Shown here piece after piece: positions 8,201 to 17,511 of a DNA stretch of 64,000 nucleotides. A program made the position numbers and the translations under genes. Origin of the DNA: Verrucomicrobiales bacterium (lineage in GTDB: Bacteria > Verrucomicrobiota > Verrucomicrobiia > Verrucomicrobiales > V1-33); contig JANOAV010000087.1 in the NCBI GenBank assembly GCA_031411295.1, forward strand, positions 1 through 64,000. The letters run 5' to 3'. The notes under the pieces are model-generated. The model was not told where the DNA came from and searched no databases. It saw only the letters and a list, made by a program, of their open reading frames with translations. Within the stretch, counting starts at the first letter, position 1. Every line of letters begins with the position of its first letter.

Positions 8201-9294
8201 CCGATACCAGCAGCGTGGTGGTGACTGTGGATCAGACTGCCACTAGTGTTTCCGTGCTCCCCGCCACCGTCTCGCTCGCCTACGGGGCCACGCAAAATTT
8301 CACTGCCAGTGTGCTGGATCAATTCAGCGACCCCTTGACGGTCCAACCAAGCCTAACGTGGAGCACCAACGGCGGTGGCACCATCAATGGCATCGGGACG
8401 TATCTGGCCGGTGTTGCGGGCGGTCCTTACTCGGTAACAGCCACGAGCGGTTCAGTAAACGGTTCCAGCAGCGTGACGATAGTCAAAGCCGTGGCTCCGG
8501 TTAGTCTGAGTAATCTTTCCCAGACCTATAACGGCAGTCCTCGACCCGTCACCGTCACGACGTCGCCCGGAGGATTGGCGACCACGGCAACCTACAACAA
8601 CTCCAGCACGGTGCCCACCAATGTGGGCAACTACCCGGTGGTAGTCACCATCAACGATCCCAACTACCAAGGCACCGCCAGCGGAACACTGACCATCGGC
8701 AAGGGCACGGCTGCGATTTCCCTGACAGATCTAACGCAGGTCTATGACGGCAATCCTAAACCAGTGACAGTAGCCACCACTCCAACCAATCTAAGCACGA
8801 TCATCACCTACAATGGGGTGGCCACCGTGCCGAGTGATTTCGGTTCCTATCCGGTCGTGGCAACCATCAGCGACGCCAACTGGGAGGGCACGACCAGCGG
8901 CACCCTGACGATCGGCGGATTGCCGTTGAGCACTTGGAAAACCCAAAGCTTTACCTTGGCGCAAATCATCGCTGGCGACGCGGCGGACCATGCGGACCCG
9001 GATCTCGATGGCTGGGATAATCTGGCGGAATACGCCCTGGGCACTAACCCCAATTATTCCTCCTTCGGCATTTCCTCCAATTACACACTCTCTGGTTTAT
9101 CGATCAATTTCACCCGTCCCAAAGCGCTGCCGGATGTCATCTATGAGGCGGAATCCTCGCCTGACATGGCGGGCTGGTCCCCTGTCCCCATTACCCTTAT
9201 TTCCGATGGCCCCATCCAGACGATGCGCGCCACCGATCCGCTGCCCCTGGCCAATGGGAGCCGACGGTTCATGCGGCTGAAGTTCTCCCGTTAA
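5272..9294 (+). CDS. Secreted S8 (subtilisin-like) serine peptidase with C-terminal Ig/PKD/MBG-like domains
   Basis: Signal peptide; catalytic motifs GVWDGG, HSTHVAGT and SGTSMATP; two MBG-like repeats (LxQxYxGxPxPVTVxT); TTGACG/TATAAC promoter just upstream. Confidence 0.92.
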   Translation: MHPRIPLRCSVLALFLSQAVGAVAQTSISDTLSAPGVDLRDAPQRERAQGQVGTIMADRHAAARAKALQMGLPVRTVHPNGRVVEIADFVGDRPLYFTTHNVNAAISSGANLLRLAPYSVSGSGLTVGVWDGGGARTTHQEFGTRVTIKDGAALVDHSTHVAGTIGAVGVDSLAKGMAPSVNIDSYEWTSDKSEMTGRGASYPGEAGKIYLSNHSYGIVSGWYYTGLASPRWAWYGNGTTSTSFEPDFGKYETNARDTDSLAFSLPYYLIMRSAGNERVDNPAAGDPVSLTTSTTSAVTYDAAVHPTGDGTYRNGYDTISYDAIAKNVVTVGSVGDAVSGSTRSLSGAYMSSYSSWGPTDDGRIKPDLVANGEYLYSTLSTANNAYGYMSGTSMATPSATGSAALVVNYWNTLCPGHALRASTLKGLLIHTADDLGTSGPDYQFGWGLINVQAAADVLQAYKTSAGTRRVVEDRLTTTKTTSSYNFTWNGSSAIRATLCWTDPAGAFTTSTDLRTARLVNNLDLKITGPTGIVYSPWVMPFVGDWTNAKLSAAAVTGVNNTDNVERVDIATPTNAGAYTVTVTYTGTLTNSAQNFSVLLSGGTATATASAPVATVISPNAGTVDTMTLNLTGSGFQLGANVKLTKSGQAEVVASNQEIRSDNATFRVNVNGMASGLWNVVLTNPDGQSTTLPTSFSIAGALWQDNLEAGASGWSHSATAPYTTDSWALTTAQSSSPTHSFFAGGPGVKNIDDLYSPIINVPADAANLSLTFMHNFDLQSTRDGGVLEFSVNGGAWFDVTAAGSGAAFASGGYNSSLTVTNPSSSRNPLAGRAAWSGTKTGFSKVAVNLTDAAKYAGKTLQIRWRLATNGSTTSPGWYVDDIAIAGVASGNLPPSITAEAIATPTPVTAASTQLTVSADDDSGESALAYTWSYTGGSFTRPVSFSENGTNAAKSTTATFTVAGNYTFTVSARDAQGLTDTSSVVVTVDQTATSVSVLPATVSLAYGATQNFTASVLDQFSDPLTVQPSLTWSTNGGGTINGIGTYLAGVAGGPYSVTATSGSVNGSSSVTIVKAVAPVSLSNLSQTYNGSPRPVTVTTSPGGLATTATYNNSSTVPTNVGNYPVVVTINDPNYQGTASGTLTIGKGTAAISLTDLTQVYDGNPKPVTVATTPTNLSTIITYNGVATVPSDFGSYPVVATISDANWEGTTSGTLTIGGLPLSTWKTQSFTLAQIIAGDAADHADPDLDGWDNLAEYALGTNPNYSSFGISSNYTLSGLSINFTRPKALPDVIYEAESSPDMAGWSPVPITLISDGPIQTMRATDPLPLANGSRRFMRLKFSR

Positions 9295-9396
9295 CGAAGC
9301 GGCCGGGCCCCCGGATGCCATGACGGGATAGATTTCCCCTCGCAAAATGCCCAACGCGTGGCACAGAAGTCTGGAGCCGAGACCGCTTTTCCCTGC

Positions 9397-10605
9397 ATGA
9401 CGCACACTTCCCGCCAGTTTGGATATGCCATCGCTATTGCGGCAGCCCTGCATGCAGTGCTGTTTGCCGTGGCGGGGCTGTTTGTTTTCTGGGGCTTCCT
9501 GCGCAGCTTGGATTTTACCCCGCCCAGTGCTGATGACGCGGTGGATGACTCGCTCACGGTGGTGATTGCGCCAGAGGTGGCGGCTCCGGTGCCCATTCCT
9601 GATTTGGTGCCTACTGAACCCGCTGAACCCTCGAAGCAGGCCCCGGCGGTGAAATATATTCGCACGAACTCGGTGGACCCAAGTGCAGAGGCTCCGGAAC
9701 CCGGCACGGCGGCATTTATCTCGGATCGCAATACCAAGGGGGCGTCCGAAGCTGCGCCTAATCCTAACGGGGACAAAAATTTGCCCAGCATGAAGGGAGC
9801 AGACAGTCCGTTGCTGGATTTGGCAGACCGTAGTTTTGCCGCAGGCGAGCACTCGATGCAGGAACGAGCGCCCACGGGGGTGCAGGATCAGCCAAACCCA
9901 CTGCAGCCCGCCACTCCGCCGACGCCTGCGCAAGACTTGGCGAAGATCGTGCGGGAGGCCGCCCAGAAACGAGCGGAGGAGCAACTGAAGCAGGCCACGG
10001 CCCAAGTGAATCCTTCCGCCCCGAACTTGGACCCCAATTCCGATTTACCCACCAAGGCCCCCGAGGAAACGCCCAAGGTTCCGCCAATGCAGGAACCGAA
10101 GTTTGAGAAACTTTTCCCTGAGGAAAAGAAGGCGGAGATCGCCAAGGAAGAACGGCCGCCCGCGCCCCGGCCCAGCGATGCCTCCACTGGAACCGCTGGT
10201 GCGCCCAAAGGGAAGGATCTGAAAGCGGCCCAAACCCAGACGCAAAAGAACACCGTGCAGGGTGGGATCACGAACCGCGGCAAAGCCAGCGTGGAAGCCG
10301 CCGACACACCGATGGGGCGCTACATGAGCAAGGTGAACACGGCAGTTTCCCAGAAATTCACCCCGGCCTGCATGAAGGCTCGGGACCGCGTGACTTATGG
10401 CACGGTGCAGGTGGAGTTCGATGTGAATTTAAGTGGCGGGGTGGAAAATCTCCGCATTGCCAGTGGCGGTTCCGGCAACGCTGTTCTACAGGATCTGGTG
10501 CTGGGCGTGGTGCTCCAATCCAAACTCCCTCCCGTCCCTGAAGATTTGCAGGAATACCTGATCGGGAATCGTCTTCACATCACCTATGGTTTCCTCTTTC
10601 ACTAG
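9397..10605 (+). CDS. TonB/TolA-like energy transducer
   Basis: N-terminal TM with conserved His (AAALHAVL), Pro-rich linker, TonB_C-like end; directly upstream of exbB/exbD-like genes. Confidence 0.75.
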   Translation: MTHTSRQFGYAIAIAAALHAVLFAVAGLFVFWGFLRSLDFTPPSADDAVDDSLTVVIAPEVAAPVPIPDLVPTEPAEPSKQAPAVKYIRTNSVDPSAEAPEPGTAAFISDRNTKGASEAAPNPNGDKNLPSMKGADSPLLDLADRSFAAGEHSMQERAPTGVQDQPNPLQPATPPTPAQDLAKIVREAAQKRAEEQLKQATAQVNPSAPNLDPNSDLPTKAPEETPKVPPMQEPKFEKLFPEEKKAEIAKEERPPAPRPSDASTGTAGAPKGKDLKAAQTQTQKNTVQGGITNRGKASVEAADTPMGRYMSKVNTAVSQKFTPACMKARDRVTYGTVQVEFDVNLSGGVENLRIASGGSGNAVLQDLVLGVVLQSKLPPVPEDLQEYLIGNRLHITYGFLFH

Positions 10606-10606
10606 C

Positions 10607-11563
10607 ATGATTTATTGTTTCGCAGAAATCTCGCCTGACAGCTTCCAAGCCAGCCTGCAGAAGGTCTGGCACTTCTTCGAGACCGGCGGTTGGTCGATGG
10701 TGCCCATCGTGCTGTGTTCGTTTGCGGCGGTCACCTTGGTGATTTTCAAATTTCTCGACCTCCGCACGGCCAACGTGGCGCCCAAGGAACTGTGTCGCAC
10801 GCTGGGACGGGTGGAAGACATGATCGCAGCGGGGAAACTCCAGGAACTGAACCGATCCATCCGCACCCAGGACTCGGTGCTCAGTCGCATTTGCCAGCAT
10901 GCCCTGCTGGGCACCCATCGTAGTAAAGAAAGCGCCGAGCGGTCCACGGAATCCATGGCCCGGGAGGAAGTGTCCCGCTTGGAACGCGGGATCCCAGCCT
11001 TGGAAGTCATCTTCACGATTGCTCCCATGGTGGGCTTGATTGGCACGGTGGGCGGATTAGTTAGCATCTTCGGCAGCTTCGGAGCGCGCGGGGCCGGGCC
11101 GGATCAAGCGGCCTTAATTTCCAAAGGGATCTCCGAAGCACTGAACACGACCATCGCTGGATTGGCCGTAGCGGTGCCATGTTACATCTTCCAGAGTTTC
11201 TTCTCCCGGAAACTGGAAGCGCTGGCACTGCGCATGGGAACGCTAACCAACGCTCTGATTAGTGCCGTCTATCAAACGGAGACGGACGCCCCACCCGCCG
11301 CGATCCCTTCCCCGCCGGCAAAATCCACCGCGCCTCCTCCGATTCCTGCTGCGCCAACCATCACTGCTCCCAAGCCCCAGAACGGACGTCTCCAAAACAA
11401 GAAACCTGCTGAATCAGAGCTGGAAAATGGATCCAGCCAGACTGGGCTGGACTACCCGGAGCGCCCGACCCCAAGGCCTCAGAAGGTCAAGGCCGAGCAG
11501 AAAAATCACGCTGACGACGAGGATCATTCGGGTGACGACCAACCTTCATCCGATGACGAATGA
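10607..11563 (+). CDS. exbB: MotA/TolQ/ExbB proton channel family protein
   Basis: Motifs APMVGLIGTVGG and GISEALNTTIAGLAVAVP. Confidence 0.9.
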   Translation: MIYCFAEISPDSFQASLQKVWHFFETGGWSMVPIVLCSFAAVTLVIFKFLDLRTANVAPKELCRTLGRVEDMIAAGKLQELNRSIRTQDSVLSRICQHALLGTHRSKESAERSTESMAREEVSRLERGIPALEVIFTIAPMVGLIGTVGGLVSIFGSFGARGAGPDQAALISKGISEALNTTIAGLAVAVPCYIFQSFFSRKLEALALRMGTLTNALISAVYQTETDAPPAAIPSPPAKSTAPPPIPAAPTITAPKPQNGRLQNKKPAESELENGSSQTGLDYPERPTPRPQKVKAEQKNHADDEDHSGDDQPSSDDE

Positions 11564-11976
11564 ATTTCTACGTTAAACGTCGCCCCAAACCAGTCTTGCA
11601 GATCATTTCGATGATCGATATCCTGATTATTTTGCTGATCTTCCTAGTGGTCACCACGACCTTCAAAGAGGCGCAGTCCGCCATCAGTGTGAGCCTGCCG
11701 AAAAGCGAATCGCTGGCGAGCAGCGGGGCGGAAGAAGCCCAGCGACTGGGCTTGATCGTGACTAAAGACGAAAAGATCTACTTGGGTGACTCGCCCGTAA
11801 CCACCGAGGACCTCGTCAGCGCGCTGCAAACCGCCAAGGCCACGCGGCCCGGGGTGAAGCTGGAGTTGCGGATTGATGAAAAAGTTCCATTCGGCACCTT
11901 GATAAAAGTTTGGGAGTGCTTAAAAAATGCGGGATACAAGATGAATGAAGTTCCCGCCCGGGTCATGAAACCGTAG
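11560..11976 (+). CDS. exbD: ExbD/TolR biopolymer transporter
   Basis: SMIDILIILLIFLVVTTTF; overlaps the exbB stop. Confidence 0.92.
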   Translation: MNFYVKRRPKPVLQIISMIDILIILLIFLVVTTTFKEAQSAISVSLPKSESLASSGAEEAQRLGLIVTKDEKIYLGDSPVTTEDLVSALQTAKATRPGVKLELRIDEKVPFGTLIKVWECLKNAGYKMNEVPARVMKP

Positions 11977-12020
11977 TTTCTCAGACACACTGCATCTCCA
12001 CTCCCACTCCCCCCACCCCC

Positions 12021-12464
12021 ATGGATATCTACCAACTCCCCGCCATCGACGCCACGCTCAATGCGGTTAGCACCGTCTTGATGCTCGCAGGCTACTTTTT
12101 CATCAAGCGCGGGAACAAGCGCGCGCACATCACCTGCATGGCTGCTGCCTTGGTCACTTCCGCAGCCTTCCTGGCCTGCTATCTGACGTATCATTTCACG
12201 AAGCCAGCCCCCGTGCATTTTACCACGCAGGGTTGGCCCAGGATGGTCTATTTCTTCACTTTGCTAACCCACATTCCGCTGGCGATCGTGGCCACCATCA
12301 TGGTGATCATCACGGTCATCTTTGCCATCAAACGAGACTTTGTGCGGCACAAGAAAATCGCCCGCTGGACCTTCCCCATCTGGCTCTATGTGAGCGTGAC
12401 CGGCGTGCTGGTCTATCTGATGCTCTACCAATGGTGGCCCAGCACGGACTTGCTGAATCGGTGA
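12021..12464 (+). CDS. DUF420 family membrane protein
   Basis: LPAIDATLN...H..CM..A; HKKIARWTFPIWLYVSVTGV. Confidence 0.88.
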   Translation: MDIYQLPAIDATLNAVSTVLMLAGYFFIKRGNKRAHITCMAAALVTSAAFLACYLTYHFTKPAPVHFTTQGWPRMVYFFTLLTHIPLAIVATIMVIITVIFAIKRDFVRHKKIARWTFPIWLYVSVTGVLVYLMLYQWWPSTDLLNR

Positions 12465-12489
12465 TCCGCTGCGGCAGCGCGCGTGGTTA

Positions 12490-13455
12490 TCACTTTTTAC
12501 CTGAATCTCCTGGGACCAGACCGCGCAGGTCAGAAAACTCTTTCCAGACCGCATCCACGGTGGCCGCCTCCGGCACGCCACCATGCATCCAGAGGCCGTA
12601 GCGCAGTGGCAAGACTTCACCTTTGCCGAGCGTGACCGCGCCAGCAAAGAAGGGGCTCGCACCCATCCACCCGTCGTTGCGCACATGGAAGGCCACCGGA
12701 TGATGTAAATTGTCAGGATGATCCAAGAGCGCGATCCCACCGCGCACTTCCGGGGAGATCGGGCCGCTGTAATCCACCCAACGAGCGGGCTTGCGGAAGA
12801 CGTCCGCTTCATTGCGCTGCCCAACACTGTTCAGGATGCGACCGCCTCCATCCACCACCCCAATGGTCTTGGCCATCCGCACGCCCAGCGGCCCGAAGGC
12901 GGTCTCGCCAATGACCACGGGCTCGCTGGCGGGATTGGTGAAAGCCAAGTCCAGCAACAACAACCAGGCATTGACGGCATCCGGCTTACGCACGGAAATG
13001 GTGCGTTGTTCCTGGAGCAGAACTTTGCCCGTTCCATCCAACCATCGCGTGCGAAACGAGGTGCCGCACCAGGCATCGCCATCCCAATAGCGATCCACTC
13101 CCACCAACTCCACCCGCCCTGAAATTCCCGTCTTCGCCTGCTCCCAGAAGTTCGTTTTCGCCACATCGTTGATCCCCACCCACACAGACGTATGATGCCC
13201 ATGGCTCACGGCATCGTGCGGATGTCCCATGCGGGTTAGGGACACCCCGCCCGGTCCATTGACCGGAAACAAAAACGGCTTTTGGCCACCTTCGGCAAAA
13301 TTTAATCGCGTCAGTTCGCGACCGCGGAATTGAAACGAAACCCCATGCGCAGGGAGCGGCACGGCCTGCATCACAGGCACCGCCTTCGCCTCCGGCAACG
13401 GTTCATCTGCACGCACCGCTGCGGCCACCAAGAGCAAACAATAGAGGAGTCTCAT
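12490..13455 (-). CDS. Secreted 'PmoA family' (DUF6807/PF14100-type) protein; not a true methane monooxygenase
   Basis: KPFLFPV, H.HH.SVW, WVDYSG and DHPDN motifs; signal peptide from start 13455. Confidence 0.75.
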   Translation of the reverse strand: MRLLYCLLLVAAAVRADEPLPEAKAVPVMQAVPLPAHGVSFQFRGRELTRLNFAEGGQKPFLFPVNGPGGVSLTRMGHPHDAVSHGHHTSVWVGINDVAKTNFWEQAKTGISGRVELVGVDRYWDGDAWCGTSFRTRWLDGTGKVLLQEQRTISVRKPDAVNAWLLLLDLAFTNPASEPVVIGETAFGPLGVRMAKTIGVVDGGGRILNSVGQRNEADVFRKPARWVDYSGPISPEVRGGIALLDHPDNLHHPVAFHVRNDGWMGASPFFAGAVTLGKGEVLPLRYGLWMHGGVPEAATVDAVWKEFSDLRGLVPGDSGKK

Positions 13456-13621
13456 GGCGCAGGGTAATCCAGAGAGATGGATCCTGGCAAGCAACGGCTT
13501 TGCGGTGGCTTTTGTTGGTGAGAAACGCTTGCTTGACCCAAGCATATCCAGTGCACTAACGAAGGCAGCGTCATGGCTCAAGCAAAGTTGACAATCCGGC
13601 TGCCGCCCAGCAAGTTACGGC

Positions 13622-14491
13622 ATGGCCCAGCGGTATTTAGACCCGAAGCACGTTATTGTTTTTAAACGCATTTTTGGCGAACATCCGCACATCCTGCGCT
13701 CGTTCCTCAATGCCCTGCTGCCATTGCCGGAGGATGGGCAGATCGTTTCCTTGGAGTATCTGTCGCCAGAGCAAGTGCCGCAATTACCGCTCCTGAAACA
13801 CTCGATTGTGGACGTGCGGTGTCGCGATGAGCAAGGCCGACAATTTATCGTGGAGATGCAGATGAACTGGACCAGCGCCTTTCTGCAACGTGTCCTCTTC
13901 AACGCCAGCAAGGCCTACGTGCCGCAACTGGAGCGAGGGGAGCAATACGAACTCCTCCAGCCTGTGATGGGACTTTCCCTGCTGGATGACATCTTTGATC
14001 GCAAGAGCGACGAGTATTACCATCACTATCAATTGGTCAATGTGGGCCAACCCGAGCGGGTCATCAAGGATCTGCAGTTAGTGTTCGTGGAGTTGCCGAA
14101 ATTCAAAATCACCTCGGCCATGGCCCCTCTGAAGCGCGCTTGGATTCGATTCCTGCGCGAAACTGGCTCCACGTCCACGACGGAAGCCCAGGCGGCATTT
14201 CGCGATGAGGTCGCCAGCCAGGCCCCGGAAATCCAGACTGCACTTGAGTTGTCAGGGGAGGCTGGATTTACCCCAGGTGAACTCGAAGCGTATGACCGCT
14301 ACTGGGATGTCATTAGCTCTGAACGCACGTTGATCTCAGGAAAATTTGCCGAAGGACGCGCTCAAGGACTTGCAGAAGGTGAAGCAATTGGCGAAGCGCG
14401 AGGCGAAATGAAAGCACAGGAGGCACTGCTCGCAAAATTGATCGCCTCCGGCATGAGTGAGCAGGAGGCTCGGCGGATCGTTTTCTCCTGA
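13622..14491 (+). CDS. Rpn family recombination-promoting nuclease / PD-(D/E)XK putative transposase
   Basis: LDPK...FKRIFG, SIVDVRCRD..G..FIVEMQ, FVELPKF and C-terminal EG repeats; TTGACA-17-CAAGTT promoter at 13588-13616. Confidence 0.92.
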   Translation: MAQRYLDPKHVIVFKRIFGEHPHILRSFLNALLPLPEDGQIVSLEYLSPEQVPQLPLLKHSIVDVRCRDEQGRQFIVEMQMNWTSAFLQRVLFNASKAYVPQLERGEQYELLQPVMGLSLLDDIFDRKSDEYYHHYQLVNVGQPERVIKDLQLVFVELPKFKITSAMAPLKRAWIRFLRETGSTSTTEAQAAFRDEVASQAPEIQTALELSGEAGFTPGELEAYDRYWDVISSERTLISGKFAEGRAQGLAEGEAIGEARGEMKAQEALLAKLIASGMSEQEARRIVFS

Positions 14492-14537
14492 TACCGCTGG
14501 TCTGACGACGCGATGCCTTCCGTCGTCACCAGTGCGC

Positions 14538-15497
14538 TTACTCCACATCCAGATCGTCCGTCGCCACCTCGATGCCTAAGACCTTGCGGGCTTTGGCGGA
14601 GTCGGCCGCAATTTGCGCTTTGAGTTCTTCCAAACTGTTGAGGCGCATTTCATCGCGCAGGCGGGCAATGAATTTTACTTCCAGCTCCTGGCCGTAGATA
14701 TCTTTGTTGAAGTCCAGCAGGTGCACTTCCAGTCGGCGTTCGGTGCGGTTTTCCTCAGTGGTGGGACGGTAGCCAAGATTGGCCACGCCGGGGAGAAATT
14801 CCCCTCCCAAGCTGGCGCGCACGGCATAGACTCCGACTGGTGGAAGTTGTTCCGCCAGGCCTTGGAGATTGGCGGTGGGGAAACCGATTTTACGGCCGAT
14901 TTGCCGGTCCTGGAAAATTTTGCCTAACACCGCATAGGTGCGACCCAACAATTTCTCGGCAGCGGTAAAATCACCCGCTTCTACAGCCGATCGAATGCGG
15001 GTGCTGCTGATGGGCTCGCCATCGACGCAGACTCTGGGAACTCCGAAGACGCTGAAGTTCCCCGCAGCCCCCAGGGACTTGAGGGTGGTAACGTTGCCGC
15101 TGCGGCCTTTACCGAAGGCCCAGTCTTCGCCCACGCTGATGCTGCCAAGCGGGTTACAACTGGCTTGCAATTCACGCACAAACTCCTCGGCGGTGTGACT
15201 GGCGAATTCTTTGGTAAACGCAATTTCCAGCAGGTGCTGCACCCCGAATCGGCTCAGGATGATTTCCTTGTGGCGCGTGGAAGTTAGGAGACGTGGGGCA
15301 TCCTGCGGTCGCAGGACGCGGATGGGGTGCGGATCGAAGGTGACGACAACACAGGTGCCAGCGTCCGCCGCCGCTGCCGCTTGCGCGGAATTAATGACCT
15401 CCTGATGCCCCAGATGCAGACCATCGAACACGCCGATGGCGAGATGAACGGGGCCTGGAATGTCCGTTAGGGAAGTAAGGCTGCGGTGGGTTTTCAT
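14538..15497 (-). CDS. ribF: Bifunctional riboflavin kinase/FAD synthetase
   Basis: IGVFDGLHLGH, ISSTRIR, GRKIGFPTAN, LEVHLLDF. Confidence 0.97.
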   Translation of the reverse strand: MKTHRSLTSLTDIPGPVHLAIGVFDGLHLGHQEVINSAQAAAAADAGTCVVVTFDPHPIRVLRPQDAPRLLTSTRHKEIILSRFGVQHLLEIAFTKEFASHTAEEFVRELQASCNPLGSISVGEDWAFGKGRSGNVTTLKSLGAAGNFSVFGVPRVCVDGEPISSTRIRSAVEAGDFTAAEKLLGRTYAVLGKIFQDRQIGRKIGFPTANLQGLAEQLPPVGVYAVRASLGGEFLPGVANLGYRPTTEENRTERRLEVHLLDFNKDIYGQELEVKFIARLRDEMRLNSLEELKAQIAADSAKARKVLGIEVATDDLDVE

Positions 15498-15520
15498 GGT
15501 AAGCGGATTCCTGGGCTGGA

Positions 15521-15592
15521 AGGACTAACAGGACCTAAGCGACGCAAAGGACGGGATTGTCCTTTTAGTCCTTGTGGTCCCTGCTGTCCTTT
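15521..15592. repeat. Inverted array of 9-bp-period GGAC/GTCC repeats
   Basis: aggactaac aggacctaa gcgacgcaa aggacggga ttgtccttt tagtccttg tggtccctg ctgtccttt. Confidence 0.6.
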
Positions 15593-15615
15593 ATCCAAGG
15601 TCATATTCATAACAC

Positions 15616-16356
15616 TTACGCGCCACGGAGCTTGGAAACGTCCCGCAGGCTCAGCATGCGCGCCTTCACGTCATCCCGGCTGGCTTCTTTCATCGTCGCA
15701 AAATCAATTTGTCCCTCGACGCTGAATTTCCCGCTGCGCGTGCGACGGAGTTCCTGGAGGTGGGCTCCGCAACCTAACACCTGTCCAATGTCGTGGGCGT
15801 AGGTGCGCACGTAGAAGCCTTTGCTGCAAACGACGCGAAATTTGATGTCGGGCAGCGTGATGTCCTGAATTTCGTAATGGAAAACGGTCACGGCCCGCAG
15901 CTTGCGTTCCACTTCGATGCCTTGGCGGGCTAGTTTGTAGAGCGGCACGCCGTCTTGCTTGATGGCGCTGACCATCGGTGGCAGTTGCTGGAAGTCGCCC
16001 TTATATTGATCGAAGGCGGCCACGATTTGCTCGCGCGTGTAGTCGCCCACGGGCTTAGCTTCCAGCACCTCACCCTGACGATCCTGGGTGGTGGTGGTGG
16101 CCCCCAACCGGATGACGCCTTCGTATTCTTTTTCCTCGGCCATGAGGAGATCTTGGATCTTGGTGGCCCGGCCGATCACGAGGATCAGCAAGCCAGTGGC
16201 CATAGGATCAAGCGTGCCACAGTGGCCGATCTTACGTTCGTTGAGGCGCTTGCGGGCCACGGCCACCACATCGTGGCTGGTCATGTCCTGGCCTTTGTCC
16301 ACGAGGAGGACTCCGTCTAAGGATTCAAGCGGAGGGGAGTGTCGATATTGCTTCAT
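15616..16356 (-). CDS. truB: tRNA pseudouridine(55) synthase
   Basis: GHCGTLDPMATG, PPMVSAIKQDG.PLYKLAR, CSKGFYVR; start reassigned to 16356. Confidence 0.97.
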   Translation of the reverse strand: MKQYRHSPPLESLDGVLLVDKGQDMTSHDVVAVARKRLNERKIGHCGTLDPMATGLLILVIGRATKIQDLLMAEEKEYEGVIRLGATTTTQDRQGEVLEAKPVGDYTREQIVAAFDQYKGDFQQLPPMVSAIKQDGVPLYKLARQGIEVERKLRAVTVFHYEIQDITLPDIKFRVVCSKGFYVRTYAHDIGQVLGCGAHLQELRRTRSGKFSVEGQIDFATMKEASRDDVKARMLSLRDVSKLRGA

Positions 16357-17326
16357 CAAGGGCTGCAAAGAGTTTTTGTTGTGCGAGGGGGAGGGGACCG
16401 GCCATGCGAATGCCGGCAGCCAGAGCATGGCCACCGCCACCGAAGTGCGCGGCAATTTTTCCGACATCCAGTCGATTGTCTTTCGAGCGCAGGCTCAGGC
16501 GGATTTTGCCATCGGGCATTTCTTCGAAATAGACGGCTATGAGCACGCCTTCGATGCTGCGCAGGGTATCGATCAAGCCTTCGGAGTCTTCCGGTTGGAT
16601 GCCAATTTCCTGCGCCAAGGCTTGCGTCAGCGCCCATGACGACACCTTGCCGTCATGAGTGATCTGCATCACGTTGAGGAGCCCGCGCAGCAGTTGAATG
16701 CGACGGAGCGGGAAATTTTCGTAGGTCTCACGGGCCAGTTGGGAGACGTTAACGCCCAAGCGCATGAGTTCCGCCCCGATCTCATACGTGCGGGCCGTGA
16801 CGCTTTCGTATTGGAAGGAACCGGTGTCCGTGCTGATGGCGACGTAGAGGTTGTCACCAATTTCCTTGGTGAGCGGTAACTTTTGCGATGCCAGAAACTC
16901 ATAGAGGATCTGACCGGTGGCAGGGGAAACGGAATCGATATAGTGGAAATCTCCGTAGCCTTCGTTGCTGCGATGGTGATCGATGTTCACCCAGGTGCGG
17001 CCTTCGCCAGCCACCATTTCCAAGCACTTGGAGCCCAAGCGTTCACGATTCGCACAGTCCACCGCAATCACGACTTCAACATCCACTGGAGTGGTGGGTC
17101 GTTGGATCTGCTCACTGCCGGGCATGAAAGCCAGTGTCGTGGGGACAGGGTCTTCATTCAGCATCACCACGGATTTGCCCATGGCTTGCAGCGCCAAGCC
17201 TACGGCCAACGTGGAGCCAATCGCATCGCCATCCGGCCGATAATGGCTCAGGACGGCAAAACGTTGGTGGTTCCGGAAAATTTCAGCCATTCCGGCTAAG
17301 CTGGTGTTCGTGCGGGGGGCGCTCAT
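16325..17326 (-). CDS. nrnA: DHH/DHHA1 bifunctional oligoribonuclease/PAP phosphatase
   Basis: H.RPDGDAIGS, NIDHH, TDTGSF, GGGGH..AAG. Confidence 0.92.
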   Translation of the reverse strand: MSAPRTNTSLAGMAEIFRNHQRFAVLSHYRPDGDAIGSTLAVGLALQAMGKSVVMLNEDPVPTTLAFMPGSEQIQRPTTPVDVEVVIAVDCANRERLGSKCLEMVAGEGRTWVNIDHHRSNEGYGDFHYIDSVSPATGQILYEFLASQKLPLTKEIGDNLYVAISTDTGSFQYESVTARTYEIGAELMRLGVNVSQLARETYENFPLRRIQLLRGLLNVMQITHDGKVSSWALTQALAQEIGIQPEDSEGLIDTLRSIEGVLIAVYFEEMPDGKIRLSLRSKDNRLDVGKIAAHFGGGGHALAAGIRMAGPLPLAQQKLFAALDEAISTLPSA

Positions 17327-17511
17327 GAGAAGCGGGTGACTCGTGGGGATGAAAGGCTGACGAGAAAATAAAAAAGGGGCGGGAATTGCTTCCCACCCTC
17401 CTCTCTGCGGGGGCGGACTATAGTGGCCCCACCTCGGGCGTCAAGGATGGATTGGAAAGAGAACACGGGAAGAACGGCCAGGGCTCTCGAGGTGGCGTTC
17501 CGGCCCATCCT

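Noticed and set aside
12490..13455. Particulate methane monooxygenase subunit A
   Set aside because: It is a soluble secreted protein with no multi-TM profile and no pmoC/pmoB neighbours; the family name is misleading.
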